64,000 nt of DNA from NCBI RefSeq assembly GCF_009914755.1, contig NC_060925.1; one strand, 5' to 3'. The notes below the pieces were generated by a model. It was not told the DNA's origin and searched no databases. It saw only the letters and a program-made list of their open reading frames with translations. A program made the position numbers and the translations under genes. Shown here in pieces: positions 26,851 to 42,059 of the stretch (position 1 is its first letter; the number at the start of each line of letters is the position of its first letter). The stretch comes from the human T2T-CHM13v2.0 reference genome, Homo sapiens.

Positions 26851-27471
26851 CTATCAAAATCTCACGTTAAAATTCATTTTAAATAATGGTGTCCTGGAAA
26901 TATTTAATGCAGAGAACACAGAGATAATGTGGAGAAAGTGACTGAATGTGAAGGAAAAAATATTGAATATGCGATCTTCATCCCAGAGTAATGGGAAAAA
27001 ATGGAACATCAAAGAATTTACAGGAGATATCAGACTTTTCCAATTGATAAGTGAAGCATGTCAGTGCAAAATGTGAACGTAGGTTATTATCAGAATGGAA
27101 TATTAGGATTAGGAAATCTATATAACAAACGACAGGTTTTACACAACTGGTCTAGATATCAGGAATTTGATTTAAGGGATAAGCATCTATCTACTAAACT
27201 CATAGTCCTAAAAACTAGTATTGTATACTTCATAATAAGTACTAGACATATGCACAGACATCTAATAGCATAAATTGTGCTATAGAATACCACCATAATA
27301 AAGGAATTTTGTCTAATCTGAGAGGAAATGAATTTAACGGGAACACACTGAGAATGAAATGAGCTACAATAGCCAAGCTTCTATAAACTCTCAGGGCTCA
27401 AGGTTTCTATTTAGGAGAGAGATCCACACGGAGAAGAAGCCCATGAAATTAGAATTAAAACTTAGCATTGC

Positions 27472-27830
<359 letters not shown>

Positions 27831-27849
27831 TTAATTAATATTTTTCATT

Positions 27850-27904
27850 ACACACACACACAGACACACACGTACACTCACACATATACACACATACACA
27901 TGCA
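27850..27904. repeat. (CA)n microsatellite, degenerate
   Basis: Direct read. Confidence 0.8.
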
Positions 27905-28110
27905 TAAGTAGTTACTATAAAATTAGAAAATATAGCATCTGCCTTAAATTCGGGACAATTAAATTCACATAAAGATGAGAAACATAAAGTAATAAGGTCA
28001 ATATCACTTTGAGACACTGAGAAAAATGTCCTTGGTACAACATTATGGTGGGAATTATAAATACATATTTTTCTGTGTCATATAAAATTGCAATTTTGTG
28101 TTTCATGTAA

Positions 28111-28624
28111 TATATTAGTCAAAGCTCTTTAGACAAACAGAACTAATAGGATATATATTAATGCATAGAGAGAGATATATTATGAAGGCTTGGCTCACAT
28201 GATTAAGAAGGCAAATAAGTTCCCCTATAATTTGAGTCTGCAAGCTGGAGGCCCAAGGAAACCAGCGACGTAGTTTCAGTGCAAACCTGAAGGCCTGAGA
28301 ACCATGAAGCCAGTGTTGCAAGTCCCAGTCAAAGTCTCAAGGTTAGAGCACCAGGAGCAAGGATAACCTAGGGCAGGAGAAGATGGATGTCTTAGCTTAA
28401 ACAGGGAGAGAAAATTAAATCTCCCTTCACCTTTATGTTCCATATGGGCCCTCAAAGGATTTGATGATGCCCGTCCCCATTGGTGAGGGTGATCTTTACT
28501 CAGACCATTGATTCAAATCCTAACCTCTTCCACAAGCAGCCTCACAGACAAACCTAGACGTAATGTTTTACCAGCTATCTGGTACTCTCTTAGCCAAGTT
28601 GACACATAAAATTAACAATTATAC
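28111..28624 (-). mobile_element. ERVL solo LTR (MLT2B-like)
   Basis: ACAGAACTAATAGGATAT...TCTGCAAGCTGGAG...GGGCAGGAGAAGATGGATGTC...CAAGTTGACACATAAAATTAAC. Confidence 0.88.
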
Positions 28625-28842
28625 ATGGAAACCTGACACCTTGTAGGCTCCAACAACAGTGTCTAAGATACTTGATAGCTTAAAGAATATGAAGTATGAA
28701 GGGATTTAAAGGATCTAAAATTATTAATCATGAAGACAAATAAGAGATTGAAAGGTTTTAGTGGTTTTAATTATGGGAGTCATGTTTCTATAAGCCTCAC
28801 AATATTAGCATGTAATAGCTTATGTTGAAAAGGGAAGAACTG

Positions 28843-29140
28843 GGCCGGGCACGTTGGCTCATGCCTGAAATCTCAGCACTGTCAGAGGCCATTGTGGGCA
28901 GCTTGCTTAAGTTCAGGAGTTCAAGACCAGCCTGGCTAACATGGCGAAAACTCATCTCTACAAAAGGTACAAAAATTAGCTGGGCATGGTGGCTTGTGCC
29001 TGTAGTCCCAGCTACTTGGGAGGCTGAGGTGGGAGGATCATGAGCCAAAGGTGGGAGGCAGAAGTTGCAGTGAGCCAAGATGCACCACTGCAATCCAGCC
29101 TGGATGACAGAGGGAGACACTGTCTCGAAGAAAAAAAAAA
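28843..29140 (+). mobile_element. AluJ
   Basis: GCTTGCTTAAGTTCAGGAG, TCTCTACAAAA, GAGGTGGGAGGATCA; high divergence. Confidence 0.92.
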
Positions 29141-31059
29141 GAGTTGCAATAAGATAGAAATCTTTTATTTGTTATGAATCTTGCAAAAAAAATGCTGAAA
29201 TAAGTTGTAAAGTGCAATTGTAAGTCTTACATAATACCAGATCATCAGGACTGGCTTGATTGTAATTGTCCCTGAATTCTGAGTGTGGGAGGTAGAATTG
29301 ATATGGCAATTTATGTCACTTTAAAGACTATAATATATCATCTGTTCTAAAAATTATACCTATTGTTTTGTCATTGTATTTTTTCACCAGTACAATTTAG
29401 CTCTTCACATTTATGCTGAATTTTGTGTATATGTATTTATAATACAAACACGTCTTACAATGATTAACGAGTATACATTATTTTATCCATTTTTGAAAGT
29501 TCTAAATGATTAAAAGTGCCCATTGCACATGTCTCACAGATTATTTTTTATTCTTATATTTATAGAGGAGATGACTATAATCAAAAGTATTATTTTGACT
29601 TAAATTTTTTTCCTAGTTTAAGAATGACTTCGTAAAGATGATTCACTTAAATGCAAAGAAATTCACTGGGATATTTGTATCAGCAGAATAAATTAGAATT
29701 GTCCTTCATGTGAATGTAATTTTCCAAAAGAGTGGGAAGTGAGTTGAATAGCTTTCCATGATTTAAAAACTCTCAGGAGTGTTTGAAGAAACAGTATAGC
29801 TTTGAAGAATAGAAGTGAATATTTTTTCCTTGTACAATTACAAAGAAAAGAAAAATTGCTGCCTATAGTGCTGATTTCTCTACATTGGCTCTGGAGCAAA
29901 CAACCACAGGAACAAGAAAATTAGATGGTTTTACAATTTAATACATTCAATTCACCAATAAACACCTTAACAAAAGAACAGTCACAGATTTTTTAACTCA
30001 AAGTCAGAGATAATGATTTTCCTCCCTTCAGAAAATTTTAGATATCAAAGAAAGCAGTAACTGTCTACTTGTAGGAAACACTGCTATGATCATCTTTCTG
30101 AATTAAACCATGAACAAAAATATTCCAAAAGCAGTTTGTAATATTAATACAGATACACTTCGTGAAGCTTTTTGTAAAACAGGTCAAAAATATAAATAAG
30201 ACATGTTTAAACTTTTACCTTTGTCAAATTATTTATATTCACATTTTTGCAAGCTTGCTTAAGATGTACTAAGGAAAATTTCCTCAGTACAATATTCTAG
30301 TGAAAACTGCAAATACTTATTTTCTGTTCCTTATGTTATAATGAATTTCAATGTCTTGTTCTTTCAGCATATTTTCTTCCTAATACCATCCAGTAAGCAA
30401 TTGTTTAAATCTATTTTTCCTATTTATATGCCCTTTCTACTCAATTGTCTTTTAGACAATTTTGACCCAACCATTCATCATACCTAAATTGCTGATAATA
30501 TCATTGTGATCTCAATTCTATACGTTTTTTTCTAATCCACATAATATGTCCTATGTAAATTATTAGCCATACCTCTATTTACCATCAAGCCTGGTTTATT
30601 TATAACTTTTGTCTAGGCATAATTAATAATAATGCCATGTTTTTCCTCAAAATTTTTCTAGTTTTGTGGAGAAATTTATGGTCACCCTAAAGCAACTATA
30701 TTAACTCCTACCTACACTTCTGAAATTCTGCCACGATTTTTCCAAGTACAAAAACTACTTGAACCACTTCAGCCTTACAATATTTTCCCATTCTCTGGAA
30801 TTTGTTGTAGGTCACTTCAAAAACTAGATAAAGACTTCCTATTTTTAAAGAACTATTTATTCGTTAAACACTCATCAAATCTTTTCTCACTTATAGGTCT
30901 TGATTTTCCAGAGTAGATATCTAAGGTTGCGAAAGCCAAGTACTCATTTGAATTTTCCACCACTTTCTACCACTATGGTGATTTCACATATGCCTGTGCT
31001 GCTATGACACCTATATCTTGTGTTTCAGATTGCTCGAGTAGTTATTTCTTTTCTCATAA

Positions 31060-31780
31060 ACTTATTTAGAGGAAATTTCAGAATTACAGAAGGAAGACAA
31101 TAAACAGAAACCACCAACCTTGTCAACCAGAATTAATGATTTTAACCATATCTGTTTCCTTGAAATAACTTTAAAATAAAGTATAATAATACAAATACAC
31201 TTGAAGTGATCTTTAATCGTTATTTTAAAGTACTTTCACTTAATCCTATCCTAAAGAAGCCAATTATAAGAAATTTTGTGGATCTCTTCCCAATATATGC
31301 ATATCTATGCAGAATATAAAGTGTTACGGAGCTCTACTTGAATTATTATGATTGTTGTCCAAATACACTCACAATTTATTTCTTGAACAGTATTTTAATG
31401 ATGGGCTGGAGCTGGCTAGCATTGGCTTGGAAAACCTCATATTTCTACTCGTAGCTTGAAATGAGCTACAGTGGAAGTATTTATACCATGCTAATTGGCA
31501 AACATTATAAGTTAAAACTTTTTAAGTTGAAGAGTTGATTGACTAGCATACCACTGATTATATCTCCAATCTATCTCATTTTCCACTTAACTGTTATATT
31601 GTATTTTTTATACTTACAACAAAATCAAACTAGCTATTACCTTTACTAGTGTAAATGTCATGGTCCTTCCTTCCTTTCTCCCTCCCTCTCTTTAGTTCTT
31701 TCTTTCTCCTTTCCTCTCTCTCTTTCCCTATCTTTCTAATTTGCTGCTATAGACAATAACACCATGTATATTTTCCCTTG
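31060..31780 (-). mobile_element. Highly diverged L1ME-like 3' fragments flanking MER63
   Basis: T-rich motifs such as TAATTTGCTGCTATAGACAATAACACCATGTATATTTT. Confidence 0.35.
31397..31556. mobile_element. MER63-like hAT MITE
   Basis: GCTGGAGCTGGCT...GTAGCTTGAAAT...GTATTTATACCATG..AATTGGCAAAC...CTAGCATACCACTG. Confidence 0.7.
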
Positions 31781-32335
31781 GCACACAGAAGTTCTGTGTC
31801 TCCCTTGGGAGACAGAGGTTCTGAGTTCTAGAGTGCACTACTTTAGGTTTCAACATGACTAGCTATAGAGTGGTTGACTCTATAATACAATTGCGGGAAA
31901 ATAGTTTATACATTATTCTACTGGAAGGTTGTGATTTCTCTAAAACGAAAGTAAAGACTTTCACCAGGTGAACCAGGTGAATTTATATGTGGCTGAAAAT
32001 GCATAAATAGGAACAATATATTTATATATTTATGAAGGAATATTGACCACTAAAATAGGCAAAATAATTGCATTTCCTTTCTACTACCAGTGGGAGAACT
32101 TCCACTCTTTAAAAATAATTTTCTCATCTGCATAATTTTCTCTACATAATATTTTACTTACCAATGCTTAAAATAAATGTATCTTTAATGCACTTAATTT
32201 AAGGATGAGGTTATTTACTTTTCCTTCATGGTTTTTAAGAATTTTTAAAATACACATTTTTAATATGGAAGAGGAAACTTTAAGCAATTTTTTAAGTGGG
32301 AAGGGTACTTCTGAAACACTGCTAATATTTACTTC

Positions 32336-33044
32336 TCTTATTGCCCAGTTGGTTCTTCTTGCTTGCTGCACAAAAAAGCCAATACAATGAAACGGTAGGA
32401 ATGTTGCAGCAGAGAAAGCATTTAATTATGGCAAAGCAGGTAAACAGGAGGACAGACGATAATTCTCAAATCTGTTTTCCTGAGAATTCAGAGGCTAAGA
32501 GTTTGCAAAGATAGTTTGGCAAGCAGGGGGTTAGGGAATGAGGAATGCTGATTAGTTGGGTTGAGGATGAAGTCACAAAGAGCCAAGCTGTCTTCTTGAG
32601 CTGAGTCAATTCCTGGGCTGAGGTCACAGGATGAGTTCAGTCAGTTTCTTAGTATGGGTTACCTGTCCTGGTGGCAACAGCTGGGCTATCAAAATTCAAG
32701 GTCTGAAAAATACCTCAAAGACCACTCTTAGGGTTACCATAATGATGTTATCTATAGGAGTAACTGAGGAGTTTGCAAGTCTCTGCCTAGATGACTCCTG
32801 AGCCATAACTCTAACCAAGTGGACAATTTATTAGTTTTGCAAAGGTCATTGAAGTCCCCGAGCATGGAGGGGTTTAGTTTTGAGAAGGGAAAATTATTAT
32901 CTTTGATTTTAAGTTTAATTTTAAACTAAATTCCTCCCATAGTTAGCTTGGCCTGAGCAAAGACAGCTTGTGGGGTTAGAAGCAAGATGGAGTTAGCTAT
33001 GTCAGATTTCTCTCATTGTCACAATTTTTGCAAAGGCAGTTTCA
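32336..33044 (-). mobile_element. ERV1 solo LTR (LTR8A/LTR8B-like)
   Basis: Minus strand begins TGAAACTGCCTTTGCAAAAATTG...CTCCATCTTGCTTCTAACC; 4-bp TSD CTTC (32332-35, 33045-48). Confidence 0.88.
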
Positions 33045-33265
33045 CTTCCAAGTGACAGAAATGTCCTTAATTGAAATAACAGATCTCTCTCCACCTATTA
33101 TTCTGATTGTTGAGTATGAAACTTTCAGTCTTTCAATCTTTCCTTTCTCCTTTATTTTGTAAGTAAATCTGTCTACAGAAAGGGTTTTTCTGCTCTGATA
33201 TTTTAGGTTTAACCACCCTGCATGGAAGGCCACCTGTACATAGCACTGCCAACACTTTGTGGCTG

Positions 33266-33710
33266 TGGTGGAAACTTTCAAATGCTCATCGATATCTATA
33301 TTCTTCTTTTCCTTTGCACACGCACGTGCTCACACACACACACACTATACGTTGAAATTCTAGCTTTTTTTTCTCATTAGGAATGATGGTGTGAATAATT
33401 TTTTTGTAATGAGAGGTGAATAAAATTGATATGCAACATTTCAGCACCCTCAACCCCAATAAACAATAGAAAACAAAAAAGAAACTTTCATATGCTCTTT
33501 CTTATGCTGGCTGACATGGAGAGGATGGCCAGGATAATTTAGAAGCTCAATGTTGAAGATAATACCATTTTTATACTGGAATAAGATGGCCTCACCAATC
33601 TGTGCAGCTTCTCTCCAGCTTTAATGAACAGAAAATAAATCTACTACGTGTTGGAACCATTATATATTTTTGGCCTCCTTGTAACAGCAATTAGCCTATC
33701 CTAACTAATA
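33266..33710 (+). mobile_element. Old MaLR LTR (MLT1I/J-like)
   Basis: TGTTGAAGAT...AGAAAATAAATCTACTACGTGTT...TTGTAACAGCAATTAGCCTATCCTAACTAATA. Confidence 0.65.
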
Positions 33711-34479
33711 AAGTGGGTGAGTTTGTCTAATCTAGATTTTGGTATTAGGATGTGCAAATGCCACTGACTATAAAATATTATTTCAAACTTCAATAGTATC
33801 TTATGAAAGATAGATTGAGGCTATGTATTTGAAGTTTATACCCAACATTATTTTTCTCTGGGTTCAGTACCTGAATGGAGAATGTAAGTACCATTTATTA
33901 GGCCCACTCCGAGATCCCAACAGCAGCACGATATATTATTAGTTCTTGCTCAGTGGGGAAATTTGCCCTTATTTCCTAGTTGTTAGAATTACAGTCATTA
34001 GTGTTATTAATAATAATGGTCTTACATTCATATGACCTTTTAAAATTTTGCAAAGATATCTTATACAATACCATGTGATAGCATTTAAACAATTAAAAAA
34101 TATTGCACACCTGCTATATGTAAACATGAACTAGATACATTAAAAGAGCAAATGTGCTAGATATTTACAGCAGATATTAAATCTTGTTTTTAATTAGGCT
34201 CACCTGACTTTTTGTTAAAATAATATTAAACTAGATAAAGTGGTAATGAAAAATGTTGCAACATCAAGAACATCAAAACATATGCTTCAGGAAAACAAGA
34301 CTGAATATTACATATAATAAGTGTAGGAAAATAACTTGTCAGGACTTTTCAAATTGTAACATATTATTATCATAAATAGCCTTTTAATCTTCAGTTTAAC
34401 TTTTTAAGCTTTATTATTGGACTTTGCAAATAAACAGTTTTATGCTAAATAACTGAAAAGTTAAACATTTCAAAGAATA

Positions 34480-36110
34480 ACGTCAAATATAATTAATATT
34501 GTATATATTTTTATGTACAATAACTCATTAATACTCACCAAATATAAATATGTATTTAGTAAAGTATAGATACAATTTAAAGTTCTGTCTTTTCACTTCA
34601 ACAACTCTTTTACTTCCTACTCTTTCCAGAGGCAATTACTAATGTTATAATTTAAATTTTTCATATATAAATATGTCTTTTCAAAAATATGGTTTTGGAT
34701 TTTGCTTACATGGAATAATAGAATATCATTTTTTACTAGACATGGTAGTTTTGATGTCAACGTATACATAGGTTTATTTTTACTGGTATATTAGTCATCA
34801 CATGGTATAATATTGTTTATAAATTATTTCCTATTCATAGACTTTTGAACTCTGTCATGTTTCTTCTGTTAACATTTTCAGAGAACATTCTTATACATGT
34901 CTCATTCAGAGTTTTCAATGTTTTTACATTTTCATTTTGTTTTAATTTGACGCATAACAATTGTACCTATTTATGAAGTGCAGTGTGATGTTCCAATACA
35001 TATATACATTGTGTAATGATCAAATTAGGGCATTAGCATATGTACTACCTCAAACAACTGTAATTTCTCTGTGGCAAGAACATTCAAAATCCTTTCTTTT
35101 AGCTCTTTTGGAGTGTACAATACATTAATGCTGACTACAGCCATTCTAGTGTGCAATAGAATATCAGGACTTACTCCTTCTCTTTTCTAACTGTAACTTT
35201 GTATCCATTGTCTAAACTTTCCCTACATTCACTTTCTTCTACTCTCCCCAGCCTCTGGTAATTAGTATTCAACTCTACTTCTATGAGATCAACCATATGA
35301 TCCAACAATCTCATTATTGGTTATATATCCAAAGATGATGAAGTCAGTACGGCAAAGAGATATCTGCACTCATATCTTTATTGCCACACTATTCACAATA
35401 GTCAAGACATAAATCAACTGTGTCCATCAACAAATGAATGAATTAAAAAATTGTGGCATATATACACAATGGAATGCTGTTCGTCTGTAAGAACAAAATC
35501 CTGTCTTTTGTGACAATTTGAATAAAAGTAGAGGACATTATGTTAAATAAAATAAGCCAAGCACAGAAAGACAAATATCACTCATATGTAGAATCAATAT
35601 TTTTCTTGTATCTTCTTAAGATACTTTTGCTCTAGTGAGAATTTCATTTGCCACAAAAATTCTGGGAATTTTCATTGAATGTGTTTGAGTATATAAATTA
35701 TTCTGTAGATAATTAACATGTGTATAATACTGAGTCATCTCAAAAATGAACATCACATATTTCTCCATTTATCAAATTTTTCTTTCATGATATGCAATAA
35801 GTTTTTTTCTATAAGGTCCTTGCACTTTTTGTTATAATCTTAAAATATGTTTCTACTATAATTCCTAAAAAGAAATTTCTTGTGTGTAAAAAGGCTATTA
35901 ATATTCCTACATTGATTTTATATTCAATAACTTTGCAAAAATTGTTTTATTGGTACTTTGCTTAGATTTTCTGTGATATTTTACATAGACCAACATATTT
36001 TTAAATATTAATCATTTGTTGTTCCTAATTTTAATATTTTCTTATATTTTCTTTCTTTTACCAGCTTGATCTCTGTTACAATATTTTATAGTCACACTAT
36101 GCTAGTCATG
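34480..36110 (-). mobile_element. Old L1ME fragments, host of the inverted L1MA
   Basis: CTTTCCAGAGGCAATTACT; CTGGGAATTTTCATTGAATGTGTTTGAGTATATAAAT; TTTCTCCATTTAT. Confidence 0.6.
34921..35595. mobile_element. 5'-inverted L1MA insertion: minus 3'UTR 34921-35293, plus 35294-35595
   Basis: Antisense L1MA 3'UTR (TGTGTAATGATCAAATTAGGG, AGAACATTCAAAATCCT) joined to sense CATATGATCCAACAATC...CACTCATATGTAGAATC; flanks TCAAT(G/A)TTTTT. Confidence 0.88.
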
Positions 36111-38485
36111 TTATTAAAATTTTAATTTCCATGTGTTAAAGCAACTTGGATGATACTTATGAAGTTGAGAAGATATAAATAAGTTCTATTTAATATTTCA
36201 AAAACTGAAATATTAAATCATCAATAACATTCATATTTAATAGTATATCTACTAATGATAAAAGGCAAAATATGTTAAACAAAACAGACAGTATACTCAA
36301 TATATAGTAGCAAAATTATTAAATATACATTTTATGACTATGGTAGATCTTCATATAATGAAACTTTTATATAGTAAATATGGATTTGTACTCTGGAAAA
36401 TAGTGTCCTACTTGGGCTGAAGAGATCCTTTAATGAGAAAAGTAGCAGATAAATTTATGATTCAGTATGAAATCTACAAAGTTGTGATTCTAACTAGCTC
36501 CCTAATGCCGGAAAGTATAAGCTAGGAATTTTAACTCATTTACATATTTAGTTTTTTGTTATCTATACTTTGTGTACATGAATCTTTATATTAAATTCAA
36601 ACATATTATCAATGTGTTCTAAAACTATTTATTTAAATATATAACTTGAATTTTCCGTGTTTTGAAATTCCATTCAATAATCACCCAATTAATTGTTCTA
36701 AAGATTAAAAAGTAGTGGAATATCAGTTTGTTTTATAAAGATGATTAGCTATAGATTGATTTCAAAATATACATAGCTGAAAGTTATCCAAATTATTTAG
36801 TTCATCATGAACTAGTTAGCCTCTACTATTAGATACTAAAAATATAGGCTTAATTCACCCTTCCCTTAAAGCATTTCTCATGGTCTCCCTGGTATTATAA
36901 CTAGTTTGGTACCGATCCTTTTTTCCCTTCTTACGTTAGGCACTCCTTTTCAGTATATTAACAAAGGCCTAATTAATCTTTACATCTTGTTGAACAAAAT
37001 AGCCCTTAATGAGAGTTGGTAAGATAAATACATAACTGCTATAAACTGGTTTTTGATCTTTTAACAAAAAGTGAATGACAATACATATTGGTTGATATAA
37101 TGTATAAGTTAAAAGCACTTAAAATGGCACATGTTAAATTAATTATTTAATAAGACTTGTTAGTGCCACTTGGAGAAATGTTTTCATTAAAAGTTTTTAA
37201 AATTATCTAGATGACTGGCTAAAAAGAAGTTCAAATAATAGTGTAATTAGCTAACTTGCATTAGATAGATTATGTATTCTATGTACTTATTTTTCCAGCA
37301 CTACTTCAATTTTTTTTATACATATTGGTGCATGTTGATAATTGAAGCCAGTTGCTTCATTGCTGCCTTGCTTCCAATAAAACTCTAGATGTCACAAGAA
37401 TACAGATTGAATGAATATCATTTCAAACCATTATGTGCAGTCATATTAAAAAGCAGGAGATAAGAGGAAAATGTTGATAATTGTACTCCACCCACTATAA
37501 AATTTAAATTGATTTGACTTTAAGGTGAAGGCTAAAAGCATATTCAATATACTAAAAAGCATAAATCTATACTATATTGTTCAGCACACTGTTATTACTA
37601 CTAATACATCATTTTCACTTCAGACTTTCACTGCAGAAAGTTTTAAGAAAATGATCGCAATCAATCTTTTAATAACCTGAGTGTAGTTCAACTTAAATCT
37701 AATATCTATAGCCCAAAGAAAGATATTTAGTCTTCTTTGCCTTATTTCCCTTATGAGTAATGAAAAACAGTTTTAACTAGATTTCTACTTCAAAATTTCT
37801 TTCCTTCCCACTCCTCTGAAGTTATAACTTATTACTCATAGTCAGAAGGTACTGATAGAGAAGAAAAAGGATTGTCAAAAGGGTAGCAATCTACTACCCT
37901 CTACCTTGTCCATTTCAAACCAAGATGCTCTTGACTATTCTTTAATTGTAAGTCTATGTAAAATTTATTGAGAGTAGTGGTTGCTGGGAAAGAAAGGAAA
38001 TAATCGAGAGAAGGAAAGGAGGATGGAAATTCAAACCACTTAAATGAATTCGATTTCTAATTTTCTCAAAAATTTAAGCTATTATGATTTAATCACAAAT
38101 TAGTAAATATAGTTTTACTGATATTTCCCAAACTAGTTGTTTAGTTAAGAAATTTACTCATTCTGATACAGAATTAAGCATTTTTAATATTCTAAACATG
38201 TATTTTTTAATTTCAGTAATTACTACCATAAAACAGAATAAACCAACGCACATCATCTTTTTTAGGTCTTTTATATATTGCCCTAGAGTGTTAAATACCA
38301 GAATCAGGATGTCATTGAAACTGGGTAACTGAGTAGCATTTCAGGCTAATGTTTTTTTTTCTTCTTCTTCTTCTTCTTTTTTCTTAATCCCATCAGCTTT
38401 ACTGTCTTTTCTTGGAGGTGGGGGGAATGAAAGGGAATTTATGCAATAATACAATCTTTAACTGTGTCTCTTAAGAGTTTATTTT

Positions 38486-38910
<425 letters not shown>

Positions 38911-39916
38911 TTATTAGGCAGAAGATGAGGGAAAGTCATATTCAGGGGAATGAATACAGCATTGTTAGCAGTTTATCACTCTGTCTTCCTTCCTCATCTT
39001 GATCTTCAGTTATTGGCAAATATGGCTACTGTTGTCTGTGTCCCCTCATTGTCCTTCTACAGCACAGAGATTTCCTGGATCCCTGATGCTTGAAAAGAGT
39101 TGAGGGATGTTGACATAGGTTCTCAAAGTGATAGCATTGTGTCCGGTTGCCATAGGGGATGCAAATTGGATGACTCACTTTCCACTCTAAAATATTAATT
39201 AGCTCTGAGAAGATTTGATTTAAACTATGTTATCTGACTTGCTTGCTGGGTAAGGAAGGATTGGAAAAACCTGCCCTCTTTTAATAGATGGGACCATATC
39301 TACCTCAACTTAGCTTCTTAAGTATGTTCCTGCATCTTTTTAGTTATTATTACTTGATTATTAATTATTAGTTTACAATTAGCTATTTAACAGTGAGATT
39401 TCAAATAATTTTTCATGGTAGCAGCATAGATCAATTATTGGTTATAACTGTCAATCACTTGATGCAAACACTACTATGCCTGAAATTTTAATTCTACTTG
39501 TAATAATTCCATGTTATTCTCATGGTAATAATTTTCTTAAAACATATGTCCCCAGGTCACTGATGCAGTTTTATTTGTTTTGTATATTAATCTCTTTCAT
39601 TTACTCCTTCCATGAGTCAGTCTCACAAGATTTAAGACTTAAGACATTAAATCCCTAAGTAGACTTAATGTGGAATTCTTAAATTAATGAAGTTATTTTC
39701 CTGCTATAAATGGTATTGGCCTCTCTAGCATATGTGAAGTAATTTTCTAGGTGCCTGAGCATAGTACTCCTGAGAATTTCTCTGGATCTTATAGCAAATA
39801 ACTTAGATTTACCCCCACCAACACTACCTATTATCTGGTCTTGGTCAATAGACACAAGTAGAAGACATAAGGTTATCTAAGCCAGAGGGATATTGGCATT
39901 GACCCTTCTCACCTTC

Positions 39917-39941
39917 AAAAAAAAAAAAAAAAAAAAAAAAA
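39917..39941. repeat. Poly(A)25 tract
   Basis: Direct read. Confidence 0.95.
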
Positions 39942-40269
39942 GGCTGCAATTGGTTAAGGTACTAGATGTCAATGGGGTTTTGGAAATTAGAACAACCTGA
40001 TGAAAACAAACCAAATCAAAATTCTCTTCCTAAATGTATTGTTTGCCAAACTCTGTACTTTTCAGAGATACTGCAGTAACCATGATTGCCCAGTGTTTGC
40101 TGCTAAGTTTCATGCCACTGTTATAAAAAATTAACAGGTTTTTCAGAGTCTCTTCTAAATTCTAGAAAAAAGAGGTTACCATTAGTATTAATATAAAATT
40201 CCTACTGACAATTCAATCTATAAAAATTTTAAATGGCATATTTAAAAAATTCAATATTTAAATGAAATG

Positions 40270-40440
40270 CACATATATGTATATGTAAACAGGTATATAT
40301 AACTATGTATGCATATGTATATTTTCATATGTAAACACATATGCTGATATATCATGTATAAAGTTTTAATGTGTATGTATAGGTATATATTCATGTATAT
40401 GTGTATATATAAGTATGTAAGCATATTTACATATATTAAC
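40270..40440. repeat. (TA/TATG)n low-complexity repeat
   Basis: Degenerate purine-pyrimidine repeat. Confidence 0.8.
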
Positions 40441-40739
40441 ATTTAATTATTGAAGTTATTATTCTTACTTTACCTGAGTGAATTAAAAGTTAATTTATAC
40501 AGTTTAGAAATTTAGATTTTAAATTTTTAAAAAATTTTTATGAAAAACTGAAAAGTCTACTCCTAGAAATGCTGCTCTTCCGCAGCTCATTTTGTAGTTT
40601 GTTTTTGGACAGATTATATTTCCAAATAGTATGTGTGAGCCACCTGCAACACTTACTGAGATATCGTTATGGAAAACTTAGATCTAAGCTAACTTATTCA
40701 TTGCCATCTCTCTCTCCAGGCACACATGTTACATGTTTT

Positions 40740-40800
40740 ATAATATTCATATTGTATAATATTCATATTTTATAATATTTATATAATATTCAAAATTATA
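40740..40800. repeat. AT-rich minisatellite, unit about ATAATATTCATATT(G/T)T
   Basis: Two near-exact 16-bp units followed by degenerate copies. Confidence 0.7.
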
Positions 40801-42059
40801 ATTTAAAATAATATGCTTAACTCTCTAGGTCTTGACCCATTTACTTTAGACATTATATATTTACTAATTATATCTTAGATTAAGTATTTGAATGCCTATA
40901 CTTATTTATTCCCCTTTTAAATCTTCTTCTGGGTCAGAAAGTCACAGAATTTCTTGTTTGTATTAACTGTCTTTAATTCAACCTCTCAGCTGACTTTTAA
41001 TTAACAGATACATTGCCTCCAGATAGAGGGCAAACTCTATGATTTCTGTTTTCCAAACTTACATCTTCAAAAGCCATCACATTTTATATCTGCAATTATG
41101 TTGGCCATGCAGTAATAAGTGTGAAAGATAGGAATAAACCATAATTTGGAGTGGGTGAGCAAATAATTAGAATATGCTAATTTATCATTTCAAAATTATA
41201 TTTCCTATTTACAATAATATTCAAGACTTCTCAGAATTATGCAATTTGTGTGGTGATAAGAATGGGAAGCGAGATGGCATCTCTGGAAATGAACATCAAA
41301 ATAGAAATGTTTATAGGATTGATCAGAATGCAAACTTAAGGAGCAGCTTATTGTGGCATTCAGCAAAACTTAATTGCCATTATATTTGTTGTAAAGAGTT
41401 CTACAGATTTAAAGATATGGCATTTGAGTATGTGTCTTCCATGATTATAATCCATATGTAGTGGAATGTAACTCTCATTTTAGAACTTAATACTATTAGG
41501 AAAGACTTAGTGACAATATGTACATTCCAGAAGTTTAAATTAAAATATAAGAAATATACTAAACATATCTGCATGTCAGTAACATCATTTATAATATTAA
41601 GTCTAAAGTAGAGACCCTTGACTTCCTTTAATATTCCTTGTATCTATTTTGTTTAAAAATATTTATTTTTTATGATCTTTAGCAACATTACATTTTCATA
41701 TATTGAGGCATGAAATTTTTATATTTTTCTAATTTTCAATCAAATTTATCCTAGTATCAATATGGGTTTCTAGTGTTAAGTGTTAAATTTATATAAACTT
41801 TATGCACAATTTTAATATGTATGAAATATTTATAGTGAATTATGTTAAGATCATTCTTGCATTATGTGACTTTTATTCATGCTTTATCACATACCTCTTG
41901 TTTGTCCTTTGTCTTACAAGCTTCCAAGCTGTTTTTTAGCATTCTAAACATTTAAAAACACATTTGCAATATAATTATACATACATTTTCTAATACATAT
42001 TTATACAATCATTTATAAAACAGCTTATGAAAACACATACATTTTTCTTTTTCATACCC

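Noticed and set aside
33850-33889. 16-nt microexon (CAG|TACCTGAATGGAGAAT|GTAAGT)
   Set aside because: Not frame-preserving, the pyrimidine tract is interrupted by GGG, and there is no host gene evidence.
37470-37520. Y RNA pseudogene-like motifs (also CAGAACTTATTAA near 6484)
   Set aside because: Only short, gapped similarity with no Y RNA 5' stem; consistent with chance.
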